Source of the DNA: Vermamoeba vermiformis
Lineage: Eukaryota
Direction: 5' to 3'
Assembly: GCA_045837725.1 (NCBI GenBank)
Contig: JBEWZL010000193.1
Coordinates: forward strand, 1-64,000
Length of the DNA: 64,000 bases
Below are positions 12,326-25,903 of the stretch, piece after piece (the first letter of the stretch is position 1; each line of letters opens with the position of its first letter). Both the position numbers and the translations under genes were made by a program. The notes beneath the pieces are model-generated. The model was not told the DNA's origin and searched no databases. It saw only the letters and a list, made by a program, of their open reading frames with translations.

Positions 12326-14048
12326 ATGTCAGAACTCAATTTTGAGCTGCCGAGCCCTGAATTGGGTCTCGCTTACGCAGCGATTATGACGATGGCTGCC
12401 ATCCCTATTTATATTGGATCTTTTCTTTCATTGAAACAGAAAAAAGGCGTAAGTAATATTTTTGACTTATAATATCACTAAGATCGGAATGCTCGATTCT
12501 TTAACGGTTAAATTACGGTGATTTTAAAAATAATTCAAAAAATAAATTCTTTGTTTGTCCTTAACAGTTTTAAGGGCTGTAAATTTACCTTTAAATATCT
12601 AGAATAATATTGTTAAAATTAATGCCAAATAATGCGAAGTAAACAGCTCAATGAAGTTTTGCAAAGTGCCTCGTCATCCATTCTTTCAACGGTCATATCT
12701 AATATTAGCTTAGCAGACTGAATCAATGAAATCTAAAGACGCCTTTATGTTCCCTGTCATTGCTAGCTGCTTCTTATTTGGTCTCTACCTCCTGTTCAAA
12801 ACACTCAATCCCGATCTGATCAACATGCTGCTTACCCTCTACTTTATGTTATTTGGTATTGCTGCTATGGGCGAGACCTTCAAGCCACTTATGTACACCG
12901 TATTGCCTAAGAACGTTCTCAAGTCCTTGCGCGGTGGCTACTCCATCGATCGCAAAATTCCTTTTAAGGCTGGTAAGCTTCTATTTTGCATGGCTTAGTA
13001 TATTATTATATATACTCGTGCATAATATCGATATGTTATGAATTTGCAATCGAGGCTGATTATAGTTCGTAGAAAACTTGAAGTTCAAGTTCACCAACGT
13101 GGATGTGCTTAGCTTCGGTCTCGCAGCAGTGGTTGGAATTTGGTACCTTGCTACTAAGCATTGGATCGCTAATAACATCATTGGTCTTGCTTTCTGCATT
13201 CAAGGTATCTCGCTCATGTCTTTGGGTCAATACAAGATCGCGTGCATTTTGTTGGTACGTAACAGCATTGATATTCCGTATTAAAACCATAATACCACAA
13301 TAATACACATTAATCAATACGCTTACATCATTCAAGTTGAAGATAGACGAAATAACGGATAATGCGCATCCGCTACTTGAAATATTAATTATGACTGACT
13401 AGGGCGGTCTGTTCTTCTACGACATCTTTTGGGTGTTCGGCACTGAAGTCATGGTCACTGTTGCCAAGTCGTTCGATGCGCCCATTAAGCTCTTGTTCCC
13501 CAAGAACTTGTTCGATCCCCTTCGTGAACCGGGCAAAGGACTTTCCATGCTTGGCTTGGGTGATATCGTATTGCCTGGTAAGTTCATATTTATTCTATCA
13601 TATACAACCATCGCGGATATAAATTGAAGTGAGAGAAAGTGGTTTCGAGATCAGATCACGTTGCAAGGTAGCAGATCGAGAGACTTACGGTTACTTTCGT
13701 AGGTGTTCTGATTGCATTCTTGTTGCGCTACGACGCTCACCGTGCCGGCCGCAAGATCAACTTTGCCAAGCCATACTTCCAGACCACTTTCATTGCCTAC
13801 GTGCTCGGTCTCTTTACCACCATGTTCGTCATGCACACGTTCAAAGCCGCTCAGGTACGCCACTACAAATAATAGCACAACAACGATACGAATGTGTTGT
13901 AATAACTTATATTATATAGCCTGCGTTGTTGTACTTGGTTCCCGCTTGCCTTGGTGCCTCGTTCTTGTTGTCCATGAAGCTCAGTGACAGTGCGAATCTG
14001 TTGGCTTACGACGAAAGCGAGAAGCCTGAGGATGCTAAGAAAGAATAA
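12326..14048 (+). CDS. SPP: Signal peptide peptidase (presenilin-type aspartyl protease, HM13/SPP)
   Basis: KDAFMFPVIASCFLFGLY, HWIANN, GLFFYDIFWVFGTEVMVTVAKSFDAPIKL, SMLGLGDIVLPG and AAQPALLYLVP across exons. Confidence 0.95.
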
Positions 14049-14181
14049 GATCGATATGTGCACTTAACATATGTATTACTCGAATGTAAAACTCAAGTTC
14101 AAAACTTAATCGCTCGGTGCGAGTCAAATCCGGAATTTGATTTTATTTCTTTTCAGATCTTCATTTTACAGCAATACAACA

Positions 14182-14663
14182 ATGACCATCATTTCTGGTG
14201 CTACTATTGTTACTTTATTGTGCGTACCAACTCTTTTGTACAGCGCTGCCAGCTTGGTTACTGGACGAGTAAGTCACATGCAACATCCGTTGTTATAATT
14301 GTATTATTGATTTAAATATCGCACATTGTGCTCATAAAAATTATAAATAATAACAATATTACTGATGGTCCCCGTGCAACTGCAGATAAAAAAACTAGCC
14401 GACATAATTATTCTTAAAATAATTACCACACGCTTAAATAATCGTGCATAAATATTATTTAATATTACGTACTATTATTACAATCAATATTGCGTGTTAT
14501 TATGATATTTGAAGTGGATTAGATATTTCTCAAATAATTATTATTTAACCTCGATCTGCAGAAACGCCACCACTGCCACGATGGTGTAGGACGAATGTTA
14601 TATGCACGTGATAATGCTATTCGTAAAGAACAAAAACAACTAGCAAAAGAGAAGAAACAATAG
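14182..14663 (+). CDS. Two-exon 62-aa single-TM microprotein, resembling complex I subunit NDUFA1 (MWFE)
   Basis: Exon 1 is 14182-14268 (gtaagt donor) and exon 2 is 14562-14663 (ctgcag acceptor), in frame: MTIISGATIVTLLCVPTLLYSAASLVTGRKRHHCHDGVGRMLYARDNAIRKEQKQLAKEKKQ*. Confidence 0.55.
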
Positions 14664-14866
14664 TAGATTCCGCTCATCTTGATCAAAGCACGAACAATCA
14701 CTATTATATTAACTTAATATCCACATAACTCTTGTAATAAATTTCTCATTTCAAAATTTCAACAAACACAATACGAAGCCGGATGCAGATGCGCAACAAA
14801 AATCTTCCCAACAACGGTCACAAACAACAAAAGGGATCTTGCAGCCAAAGCTACGTTCAAAAAAAA

Positions 14867-17751
14867 TTACATTATATTACACGAAGCACAACAACCAGGC
14901 TCTATCGGCTTGTGTTGCATGCCTGCTGTATTCCAGCCTTGACCGCGCTCCATGGCGTTGTAGCGCATGTCCTCGGAGTCCGCTAACAACGGTGCTCGCA
15001 GCGAGTCTTGCGGCACAACACGCGTCGAGCCAGGCCGTGACGACGGAGAGGTCTGAGTAGGCTGCGGCAGTGCGCTTGAGGACGCTGTGTTGGACGTGTA
15101 GCTGAATGGCGCGTTGTATGCCGTGACAACTTTGAGCGAGTCTGTGTCTGTGTTGCTGTTGAGGGGTGCATCCTGATTGGTCTGTTTGTTCTCCGCGGTA
15201 TCTAATGCAGTGTTAGTACTGAGGGGATCATGCACTACTGAGCCTGTCGGACTTGTTGAACTGAGTGTGGAGCCAGGCTGGAGCGAAGAACGAGGACTAA
15301 CTGTTCGGCTCAGTGATGACTCTGAAGCACTAATTGAATCATCTTCTATTGATCGCACTGACTTTAAGTGCTGTTTGTCGATTTTACTTGGTCGGTCACG
15401 CGTCAACCGCTCTTCGTTCTCAACTTGGTTCGGCTGCACAAACATTAGTAATCGCTCTATCCGGTTCATGTTTACGCAATATTAAGTACTCACCTCGGCT
15501 TGTAATTTTTCAGGTGCGACTGTGAACATCTTCCAAAAGAAACTGAAAACAAGTTGGTCAGAAGGTGCGTCTCACGTGTGGTCGAAACCTAAGACTTACC
15601 TAGTAATGCGTTTTGTGGTCTGAATTTGAGTACTTCGCTTGTTAACGAGGTTCGGATCTAGTGCGACTAATTGTTCGATAACTTGGTTCATGTCTTTCAT
15701 CCATTCTTGTTTCTCTTTCGGCGAGGCAGCAAACACCGTGTACGTCTTTTTCACGCCGACAATTTGCCATGCGTTTTGTAAATCTATGGATATACTATTA
15801 GATATACTTTATATTGCCTATTAATCTTACCATCTGAGTCCGGCAAGTCTCGGATCCAAGTGGTTCCCATAGGTACTTTGCCTATCAGCCGTTTAGTATG
15901 GTTATAAATGTAGAGTGGTCTAACCTACCTTTAAGCGTGAAGTTGGCACCTAGATTCTTTTTATATGCGTATATCAGCATATCGTTAAATAAGAAGTAAT
16001 AAGTTTCGACGACAAATCTGCTCGTCACTTTCATCAATCGACCTTCGCGCACAAATTTACGAGCAGGATCCATCAAGTTCTATTTATAATATAATTAGCA
16101 AGTGTTGATATAATCGATATCGTATTGTTTTTGAGCGTACCAGTTGCCATCCAAACGCCTGTTCAATGCGCAAAAGTTGATCCATGCGCGTGGCCTGTTT
16201 GATGCTGTCATTGACGTGATTAGCGACTTCTTGCAACTGATCCAGTGCTTGTTTAATGTTGTTGTAATCGGGATGTGTCGGCCACGTGTACTTCAACAAT
16301 TCCTACATGTCAAAGTGTCAACAGCGCGTGTCAAACGTGTCATATTCCTGTATTTACCTTTAATAACAAAATATATCTTGGCACTCTGAAATAAAAACAG
16401 TTAATGAACTATAGATACGAATATGATATTAGATTATAGGGGCACGTACCGTTGAATAGGCATAATCAGAAAACTTGATAATGAGAAGTCAGCGCGATCT
16501 TTTGTCATAGTCATTGGATCATCCAACACACTCGACGCTGTCTGTAATTATAAACAGCATTAATTGTGTGGTACAAAGAATTATAATAAAAATAAAAATA
16601 TTGAATCAATTATTAAAGCGCGACAGAAGGGCGTTAAACGATAATAATAAGAGTGATAAAGGACTTACTTCTAAAAACTGAACGAATTGAGGATTTTCTT
16701 TGGTTTTTTGTTTGATGAGCACCACTGACTTTTCATAATCGTGGCAATACACCGAGTACATTTTAAAGAACGACGCCTATAAATTTATACTTAGCCCGAC
16801 AGGCACTATCATAATATATATGAATTAGTCTTACCATCTTCAAGAACACGTCGCCAATCTTCTGCGAATTGGTCCACACGGCCATGCGCAATTTGATTTC
16901 TTTGAGCAGCTCCATATTTAAGTTTAAAATTATTTCTAAATTAGAAAACAACTGGTCCACTTCTTGTTGGGTCAAAACGGGCGTTGGCGTCGCGGCCATT
17001 GATCGTAGTGGTTGCACGTAGACCTAAAAATAGAAAATATTTAATTAAATGAAATATTGTAGCTTAATTTAAGCAAAATAATGTATATAAATTAATTGTT
17101 AAATTATTACTGAATTTAATAATTATTTAATTGAAGTGTCAGTTAAGAATGCTGGTCCATAAAGTGACACAAATGACGCATACAAATTAATTACACGCCT
17201 TAATAAAGTCGCTTATGTAACAGTTTATTATAATTACTTACGCCTAATAAGGTGCGAAGTCCATGGACGTAACTTTCTTCAGTTTGAAGGATCTCATCTG
17301 CAACTTTATTTCTAAATCGGATGTATCGTGCTTAATATTATAAATATTATCGTTAGTGCGAGGTAAATAAGACAACCGAGTTGAATGATATTTCAATTAT
17401 TTTCTAGCGGGATCTGAATGAAGAAACATTTTTAGAATGGTTCATTAACTTACCAAATAGTTCTGATAATTTATTTTGCGCTATTTTACTCCTAATACGT
17501 GCTTGGATTATAATTATTGACTCTAGACGCTTCTGAAAATACATAAAAATGTTAGATCGACACTGTCAATTTTAACAATTAAATGTATCGTTATTACGTA
17601 CGTCTTCCTCATCATTATTATTTTCTATATTATCTTCTGTAATTTCTGTTTCAATTGGTGCAATTTCCACTTTGCGATCTTGCGTAATATTTTCGGTACT
17701 GATTTCTGATGATTCGTTTGAATTATCGATATTAGGTTCGTGATCCTCCAT
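14867..17751 (-). CDS. RhoGEF (DH-PH) with C-terminal CaaX box
   Basis: DH motifs ILQTEESYVHGL, LFSNLEIILNLNMELL, KIGDVFLKM, FLIMPIQR, LLKYTWPTHPDY. PH motifs RKFVREGRLMKV, YFLFNDMLIY, EKQEWMKDM. Ends in CCASCNIM*. Confidence 0.9.
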
Positions 17752-18492
17752 ATTGGTGTTGCGTTTAACACTATAAAGTAATAACAATTTGGTTTTGAGA
17801 ACGAAAAGTCGGCTGCGCTTTCAAACCGCGAAAAATTTAGCACTCAGCAGTCGCATTGGTGTTGACGAATTCAGATAGGGGATAATACGACTATTGTGTA
17901 ATATTAATGAGCACTTGAAAATAGGACCTTAGGAGCGCATTCACATTTAATGCTGGAATTTAGATCGAGATCGGAGAATAAAGTACGTTACTAAGAGATA
18001 ATTTGTAAATTGCCCCGTAAAAATATTAATAAACTACGATCATGTTTGAGCATGAATGGACAGAACGATATCTTAATATTCAACCGAACCCCAGTTGGAT
18101 TTGTCTTTTCCGCGGTGATCCGCGGTATTGCCATGTCATATTTTTGACTTTGATAGTACCAAAATGATTTTCATGCAGGATGCTATCGTGTTGCTAGCAA
18201 GTAAAGCTGAAAATTAAATCAGCACGCACGAGAAATTCCAAATTAAGCAATTTTTCGAGGTTCCAGTTGCTTCTGACTATTTTCTGCCGCTAATGTTATC
18301 AACGCGTTTATAGAGTAACACAGTGGTATTCTATGGCCGAACCTCCGCGCAAGAAATTCAAGTAAGCTCAAAATTAATTTATTATCGAGATCCGTCGTAC
18401 CGAAGTTGATTTCAAATTGCGTGCGCGTAATTCGAAATATCATGATTATATTTATTAAGGTACTAACAACGTGCGTTAGAGCGCATCATAAC

Positions 18493-21151
18493 ATGGAGCA
18501 AACTCAAGTCCTTTTAATGGATCAAATCCCTCCAGAAATTATTATCAATATTATGGAGTGGCTCAACTGGCGTGAGTTAAGCATAGTAGCAGCGGTATGT
18601 ATAATTTCCATAATATTAGAAGGTCGCGTGGCCTTCTTTTTCTTACAGATCTTTCAAAACTGGTTCACACTGGGACCGGACACATCGTCCTCTATTTAAA
18701 TTCGATCGTCATAACTCGTATTTATACTATAGTATTCGTAGGTTAATAGGCGATGGAGTTTTATCGTCAAACGCTTACTTGAGCGCTCTGCGTGGGTTTC
18801 AACGCTATCGCAAAATCAAGATCTTGCTACAGCAGTCAAAGAATGTTTCGATAACCTAGATAGGCGATTGCACTCGAGGTAAGAAATATTATATAATATT
18901 TCAAGCTTGATAGATCGATAATGTAACTTCAATGGGACTTTGCAATTCAAAAAAAGTTGTCACATTGCATTAATTTCGTTAAATAATTAGTTAATTTGAC
19001 AATCTTATCATTCATTATGGGTCATAATATCGATTTAATGCAATGATCGATTTTCTGCGTAATGCGGCGGATTGTAACTAAATTTTCGGAACACATCCGA
19101 TTTAAAGATGCTCATCAAAGCTTAAAAAGTCATTATATCCTTCATCTTTAATAAGGACATATTATTTATTCACATATAAAGAACGAGAATTTCGAAAACC
19201 GCATCAATAATTATTCCTTTCTGTCTTTAGGCCGAATATCGGATTTTTATTTGTTTCGTCGTTCTATTACGAAGAATTCAATTCCCTTAAGGACCTAATT
19301 ACCGCGCGAGTGCCTAGCAGTGGATTTCAACTCATTGGATGTTCCGCTGTTGGTGTAATTGGTACGCACCATGAAACACATCTGCCGCATGAAATTGAAG
19401 ATGGTCAACCAGCTGTTTCAGTAACTTTGGTACGTTACTTAATATTATACTATCAAGACCATTTTTTTTGCCAAATTTAGAAAGATTACCTTTGTTTTTA
19501 CGTTTCAATTTCAAATTTGATTTTTTTGAGCATTCGTTCTATGGGCCTTTTCCCAGCGAAACAAATACAATCATATTAAATTAATTGTGAGCATTTATAA
19601 TTGGTTGAATAGACTAACAAATCCTCCTTAGGCAAAATTACCCGATGTTGAAATTCAAGCCTATTCCGTGGCCGAGAAAATTATTTCAAAAGCTGCGTAC
19701 AACAGTCAAATCCAGATTTATCCGCCAGCCAAGGACAGCGATCACGAAGACCTTGCCGGCGATGAAGAGTTCAAACTGAATAGCAGCGCTGAACGAAACA
19801 AACCGAAACGAAACAGCAAACAACGAGCGATGCTGCACTCAATGAAAGTGTCGATGGAGATCGATTCTGCCAATGAAATTGATTGGACCTCGTTTGTCGT
19901 GTTAGGTACGTACTAGTATTTTGATCGGAGTTTGCCATGATACTTTGTTGACACGTGTCATTCGATAGCTGTACCCTCGCGAGGGGCGCACACCTACGTA
20001 ACAAAGCTACAAGAGGCGCGTCAACGGAGTGTCATCGTTGGTGGCTTTGCATCGGGCTACGAGACAGACGACATTGTGTTGTTCCTGTTGAACGACAATC
20101 GCGAGCTCAAGTTCGTTCATCGTAGCGGCATAGTGGGCCTGGCGATTGGCGGGGCAATAGATTTGAACGGCATGTCTGCGCGTGGCTGCAAGCCTTTGAC
20201 TCCTGTCTACAAAGTGACGCAAGGCGAGAAAAGCACGATCATGGAGCTCGAGAAACATGACCCTGAGAACCCGAGCAAGCTAGTCCCGGCCAATTTACTG
20301 CTCGACGTGTACGAACACGATGAAAGCATGCAGGTACGTATCGGTGCACAAAGTGACACTTTGATGGTGACATTTTTGACATGTTCCTTGATCAAGGGTC
20401 CCTTCTGTGATTCATTTGGACAATGACAAAAATTATAGATCTTACCACGTGCTAGTATATCGATTGAAATTAATGTTATACTATTTTAGAACCGACAAAT
20501 ATTCATTGGAATCAGCCCTCGTCCACCATCAAAGCCAGATCCGCTCAATCCCGATGACTCCCCGGTCGATGAATTCACATTACACGCGATACTGAAGATC
20601 ACACTCGATCAGCACATGGTTGTTTCATATCCTAAGATAGAGAACCATTATGTACAGTTATTTGTGTTGGATCCACAGGCATCCGAACATGGTAAAATAG
20701 ACCTGGATCTGGATCGACTGAACAACACTAACACTGCTTTGTATACAGATGTGTCACATGGCTTACAAGCCTTTGCACGCAATCAAATGAAGAACAGTTC
20801 AAGCGACGCTATTCTCGGTGGCCTATTGTTCCAATGTACTGCACGCGGCAAAGATTTTTACAACAAACCAAACGTCGATTCAACGCTATTTAAGGTACGT
20901 CCTGGCTACATATCACTAATTATACCTATCTAACGCTTTAAATATTATAGCGCACGTTCCCGCAGCTTTCAATCGCTGGATTTTTCGCCGCGGGTGAAAT
21001 TGGACCAGTGGCCATTGGTGGCGGCATTATCAATCGCAGTTCAAAATCGTTGAAAGTGAACACGCAGACAGTGCAAGCGACAGTTCAGGGCTTCACTAGC
21101 GTGTTCGGCGTGTTTTCAGCTAAGCCTTGGAATCGCATGCAAATTGTTTAA
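18493..21151 (+). CDS. F-box + FIST-domain protein (FBXO22-like architecture)
   Basis: N-terminal IPPEIIINIMEWLNWRELSIVAAV (F-box). FIST motifs GCKPLTPVYKVT, GLLFQCTARG, AGFFAAGEIGP and QGFTSVFGVF. Confidence 0.8.
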
Positions 21152-21332
21152 TTTATTTTCGGTCCTTTTTTGTACATATTAGAGTTAATAGAAGTGCTTT
21201 TATTTCGTAGAATAGTATTTATCGATTACTTTACATTTTCAAGTCGTTTTTGGTGGGGTTAACTAATGTAGGCAATTATTTGTACCTACATCAACAGAAA
21301 ATAATTATTCGTTTTATTCTCAACACAGCACC

Positions 21333-21781
21333 ATGTGGCTATTATTAATGCTTAGTGTGCTGGTATTTACCGGTGTATTTTCGCAACTCTATGTAGCGCG
21401 CTTGGAAACTGAAAACGGTGCATCCGGCACCATGTTGGAAGTGGATCCGAGTTCTGTTACTGGAATACACAATGTGACTTTAAACAAGAAATTTCCGCTT
21501 CTGCCATATTTAAAGGACTGCGGTCATCCGTTCGTGGTGTTCTCTCCATTTACAGACTTGGTCGGTTGGATGTGGTCGAGAGCTCATCGTTATCTACACT
21601 CAAGACCCTATCACCTACAAACCGGGAATTGTATTGGACTAGAGTATTTCTGAACGTAATGGACTCGTCATTGGTGCCGCTCAAGTTTTTCTACACCTTG
21701 AAATTGAGGTTGTCGAGAGAGGCAAACAGGCGCACCTCTAACAACGATAACGTCAAGTGTCCGAGTGTATCTTTTCCATAG
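21333..21781 (+). pseudogene. Fragment of a secreted-protein gene, apparently frameshifted near 21565 and truncated
   Basis: Clear signal peptide MWLLLMLSVLVFTGVFS. Coding-like sequence continues in the overlapping frame 21566..21781 with no evident intron between the frames. Confidence 0.35.
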
Positions 21782-21785
21782 ACTT

Positions 21786-22801
21786 CTAATCTTCGTATGA
21801 TTCATACATTTTGTTACCTGAAAATGGCAGAATTTGTTAGTAGCTAGGAAAAACTCGAGTTTGGATTTGGATTTATGTTACCTTCGTCTCTTCTGCGCTT
21901 CTTTGGCTTCAGTTTTTTGGTCTCATCCCACAACTTCCGCAATGAACTGGGCTGAATCTTCTCCTGCGCAATAGTGTTTTTGTAATCTCGAAGAAGGTCT
22001 TCAACTTTTGAATAAGCAAGAAGTGCCTTGGTGTCTACTTGTTACAGACTTCTTCATTATTTCGATCTCGGCCCACAACTTCCGCAATAACAGCTTTGAA
22101 ATCCTCTTCTGCTCTGTATATTCTTTGAAATCATCTAAAAGCTCTTCGAAGCTTTGGTACGTAATAAGGGCTTCGACGGAAAAGTTCAAGACTTTTCGCA
22201 CCCAAATCGCAACTCGTCTCTGGTGCCAATCAAGCTGCGGTGTGGTGTCTTTAGTTATATTGACACGTGCCCATTCCGCCAATTGCTCTTCAGACCACTT
22301 TTCAACAGGGAGAGTCCAATCAAAAGACGTATCTGCGATTTTAATTTAAAAATATGTTTATTAACATAATTATTTGCGACAAGCGGGTATTTAAGTGAGA
22401 CAAAAACGAAGATTCCGAATTTTTCGGGCAAGTATTTTAATCGCCGTAGCAGATACTGCAGTGAATAAATAAATTATAATATATTATATATACCAATTGG
22501 TACTAAATGCCATCTAATTTACCGTTTATATTATGCCGTTATTATATAGAAACTTACTACGCAAATAAAATTGCCTCCAAGTCTCGTCTAATTTTTTTAA
22601 AACCCAATCTGACTCTGGAAAATAATCTCTGCATTTAGCGCGCCAAACACTTCCTTCATCGTATACTAATGCATTAGTAAATTTCGATAACGGCGGCATC
22701 GAGGCTGTAAGTGTTTTAGCGTCGCAGCGGATGAGGATGTGTTCTTGAAGTTCCAGCGGTAGCTCTTCAAAATGAAATATTGCATCGTTTTTTTCTTCCA
22801 T
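21786..22801 (-). CDS. F-box-like protein with SAM-like/internally repeated C-terminus, possibly disrupted
   Basis: Exon 1 FEELPLELQEHILIRCD...VWRAKC. Downstream are WSEEQLAEW and two related units (EALITYQSFEELLDDF..LRKLWAE and KALLAYSKVEDLLRDY..LRKLWDE) that lie in different frames. Confidence 0.55.
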
Positions 22802-23979
22802 AATTAAATAAGAAATTGCCGAAATACTTCTTGTGGTATCAAACAACAACGTAGACGAAAGAAACGTTAAAAAGGGCACGTAAAATCGAAAGATGCAAAC
22901 ATTCGGAAAAAAGGCACAGACATTCAGAAATTGTTAAATAAAGACACAGCGAGTCTGAAAAGCTTTTGCTTCGTCAGTTGGGTAGGTACGTGACTGGTCA
23001 GTTAAATAATTCGTCCTTCCTCCTATTCGTTGAGCGCAAAGCGTTTCCTATTCGCACATTTACGACAGCCAGATAATTATTTAGTAAAATTAAAATGAAT
23101 TAGGGAAGTTTCTTTTTATCATACTCAAGTTGCTGTACAAGGTAATTTGAAGGTTGCTTGCTATTCTTATGGTTTACTTCCATTTTTGGCATGGCGATCA
23201 TATGTTTAATGGTTCTGCGTATTGATGAACAATGCAAGGCTCTGGTCGTGTAATATCGAGCTCGTAAGTATTCTGAATACAGAGCAAGATACATTGCACG
23301 TGTTCTAATGCGGTTGACGTACTGACTTGTTCGATCTTCTGTAAATGTGCCGAGGTGAGCTGCAGATTTTTTTATACAATTAAAATATTGAATAAAAATG
23401 GAAGAAGACGTAATTGTAAGCGTGGCACTACTTTTGGTGTTCAACTAAATTTTAAAATTGTTTTCAATTCGGATCAAATCTTGACTACTCGACTTCCAGC
23501 CCTTTTGCCTCAATTATTTATTATTTATTTTAAATAATTTTTTTACAGAATTTCAGCTTTAGGGGTGACTCTCGATCAGAAATAAGGCGCCGAGCTGAAG
23601 CAAGTTACACCAAAGCAATTTCAGCCTGATTTCCTTGTTTGTTGTAACTAGCTTACTCACTATCGTAATAATATTATATTTGTTAAGCATTTCGATTCAC
23701 CAGCTGTGCGTTTCCAATTTCGGTCTGGCTGCTTCCACGACGAACCAGAAAAATTCATTGCACGAACACCAACGCTTGGGAGGCTACTAATTGAGTCCTA
23801 AGCCTTTTAGCATAGTTTAATTTTTCGTGTTCAGCGATCAGACCGTTTGTGAACTTCGCAGCTTGGGATAGGTAATTCTTATCATTTTCCAAGTTCGGAC
23901 CAAATTTCGCGCCCTGCCTGCACAACGCGATCATCTTTTACAAGATTGCACGTGTAAAACAGCAAAGGATTTGGTGAAA

Positions 23980-25616
23980 ATGGACTGGCAAGGTAAATCC
24001 AGCCGCATCCCTTCTTTTTTATACACAAATTTAATAGTTTCTCAGGTTCTGTTGGTTTATTACCAGAAGAGCTCGTGCAAATAATTATTCGCGATACTTC
24101 ATTGCAAGCAGTGTGGTCATTTTGTTTGGCAAATCGCTTTTGGCACAAAAAATTACGACATCTGATCGCGCATCCGAAAATTCTCATCATCGAGCACTCT
24201 TCAGCTGATTTCAACAACAGTGAAGAACGTAGCGTATTCTTTCTCAACGGGGGGATGGGTAAGCGGTACATTAACCAAAATTTTTACTACTAACTAAAAT
24301 TCATTTCAGCTCGCTTCGTGTGCTTAAGCTACAAAAGGCAATATGCAACACCCTGTCGAGTGCACCTTAAGCGCGGCTTGTTCAATAGTTTGCCGGACCT
24401 TCAGGCATTTTTATTGGAGTTCAACAGTATTTTGAACGAAAATACCAAACAATCCAATTATTTCAGAGATCAGGCTATTTTTTCAATGAAGATCCAGCCA
24501 ACAGATGCACTTGCTATAGTCTACTCAACCTTGAGTAGATCGGAGCTACACGACGGTATTACCGTTATTGACCGCGATACCGTTGATCGGCTGCAGAAAT
24601 TGATTGCGACAGCGAAGTTCGTAATGCCCAAAATAGGAAAAGAGGACCACGATAATTTTGACGGAATTTCACTGAAAGTTCATCATTGGCTGCAACACTG
24701 CATATTCAGCGATCTTTTTATCAACTCTGAAGGCGACATCAATGCCACAATTAAGACGAGAAATAGCCTGCCTATTGAATTTCAGACGCGCACTTCGCCT
24801 GCACTATTCAAACAGCTCGAAGAAATCATCGTATATAGCAAGCACAAGCAACAGCTCGAAGAGTTAATGAACACAGAGCTGGCTGAAAATTTCGATTCTG
24901 TGTTTGACCTCAAGTACAACTTCAACGGCAAAAGTAACGATCTTTTTACAACGCGACTTAATTTTGAGCGCTGAAGTGTATTCGAGAAGCAAATTAATAA
25001 CGTTTTTTTTTCTTCAGAATTCTTCGTGCAAGAGTTCACCAACACACCGAGAAGCGGTCCAACCGTAGTGAAGAATAACGGCTACAAAACGGGTTCTATT
25101 AAGAAGATTATAAAGCTCTTGGAGCCGTTATTCATTTGCAAAGCTGGCGCAACTTTTTTAAGCGGAGAAGACATAACATCCGCTCCACCCGAATTCCCTG
25201 GGTACGAACATCAACATTGACATTATTGTTTATTGATATATATGCATAACAGGCACCAGTTAGTTCGAATGCCGAGCTACACATTGCCCATGGACAAAGA
25301 TTTGCCGTCAATTGTGGCTATTGACCTGACCGTCCGCCATGGGCCCAAATACACGCTACATCTTTACGGAAGAGTTCCGACAGAAACAGTCGTGAAGTTG
25401 TTCCGCCAAGTAGAAAAGAAGATTAACTACGAGGACACATCTCCGCATGCATATGACGTTAGGATGCGTTGGTTCGAGCGCAAAAGAATTACTCGCGTCA
25501 ATATTCACAGTTTGAAGTGTTTAAAACCGATCACTAAGCTGCCAAACCACCTCATTAAACTCGTGTGGTACTACATTTGCCTGGATAGGGGTTATAATGA
25601 GAACGAGCGTTATTAG
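23980..25616 (+). CDS. F-box-like protein with uncharacterised body
   Basis: MDWQG exon spliced to SVGLLPEELVQIIIRDTSLQAVWSFCLANRFW (F-box pattern). ORFs 24318..24974, 25026..25220 and 25233..25616 join in frame via GT-AG introns. Confidence 0.6.
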
Positions 25617-25903
25617 ACATTTTTCAAATCCGAGCACGTTAGAATGGCTGTGATGTAGTGCAGCAAAATTAAATGGCTGCACGTGCAAAAACCTTTATTA
25701 AATCAGGACTTCTAACCGGTCACAACGTGTCAGAAATAAACCAGAATAATGTGACGATGCCGACATTGTTAACAATTTTAGACGGATTTTCAGTTGAAAC
25801 ACCCCCTAGGTTAAAAAACCCCTCTGCATCCAGATTCACCCCGGGAAACAGTTGGAAGCAAAATCGCTCCAGTTGTTACAATAACAATTAATTGAGCTCA
25901 ACA

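Noticed and set aside
14220..14243. 24-nt GT-AG micro-intron in the NDUFA1-like gene
   Set aside because: Shorter than other introns here, in frame, and retaining it completes the TM helix.
23100..23880. ORF 23100..23444 (-) and exon-like pieces on the + strand
   Set aside because: No motif, and in-frame stops in the + strand pieces; I could not build a coherent gene.
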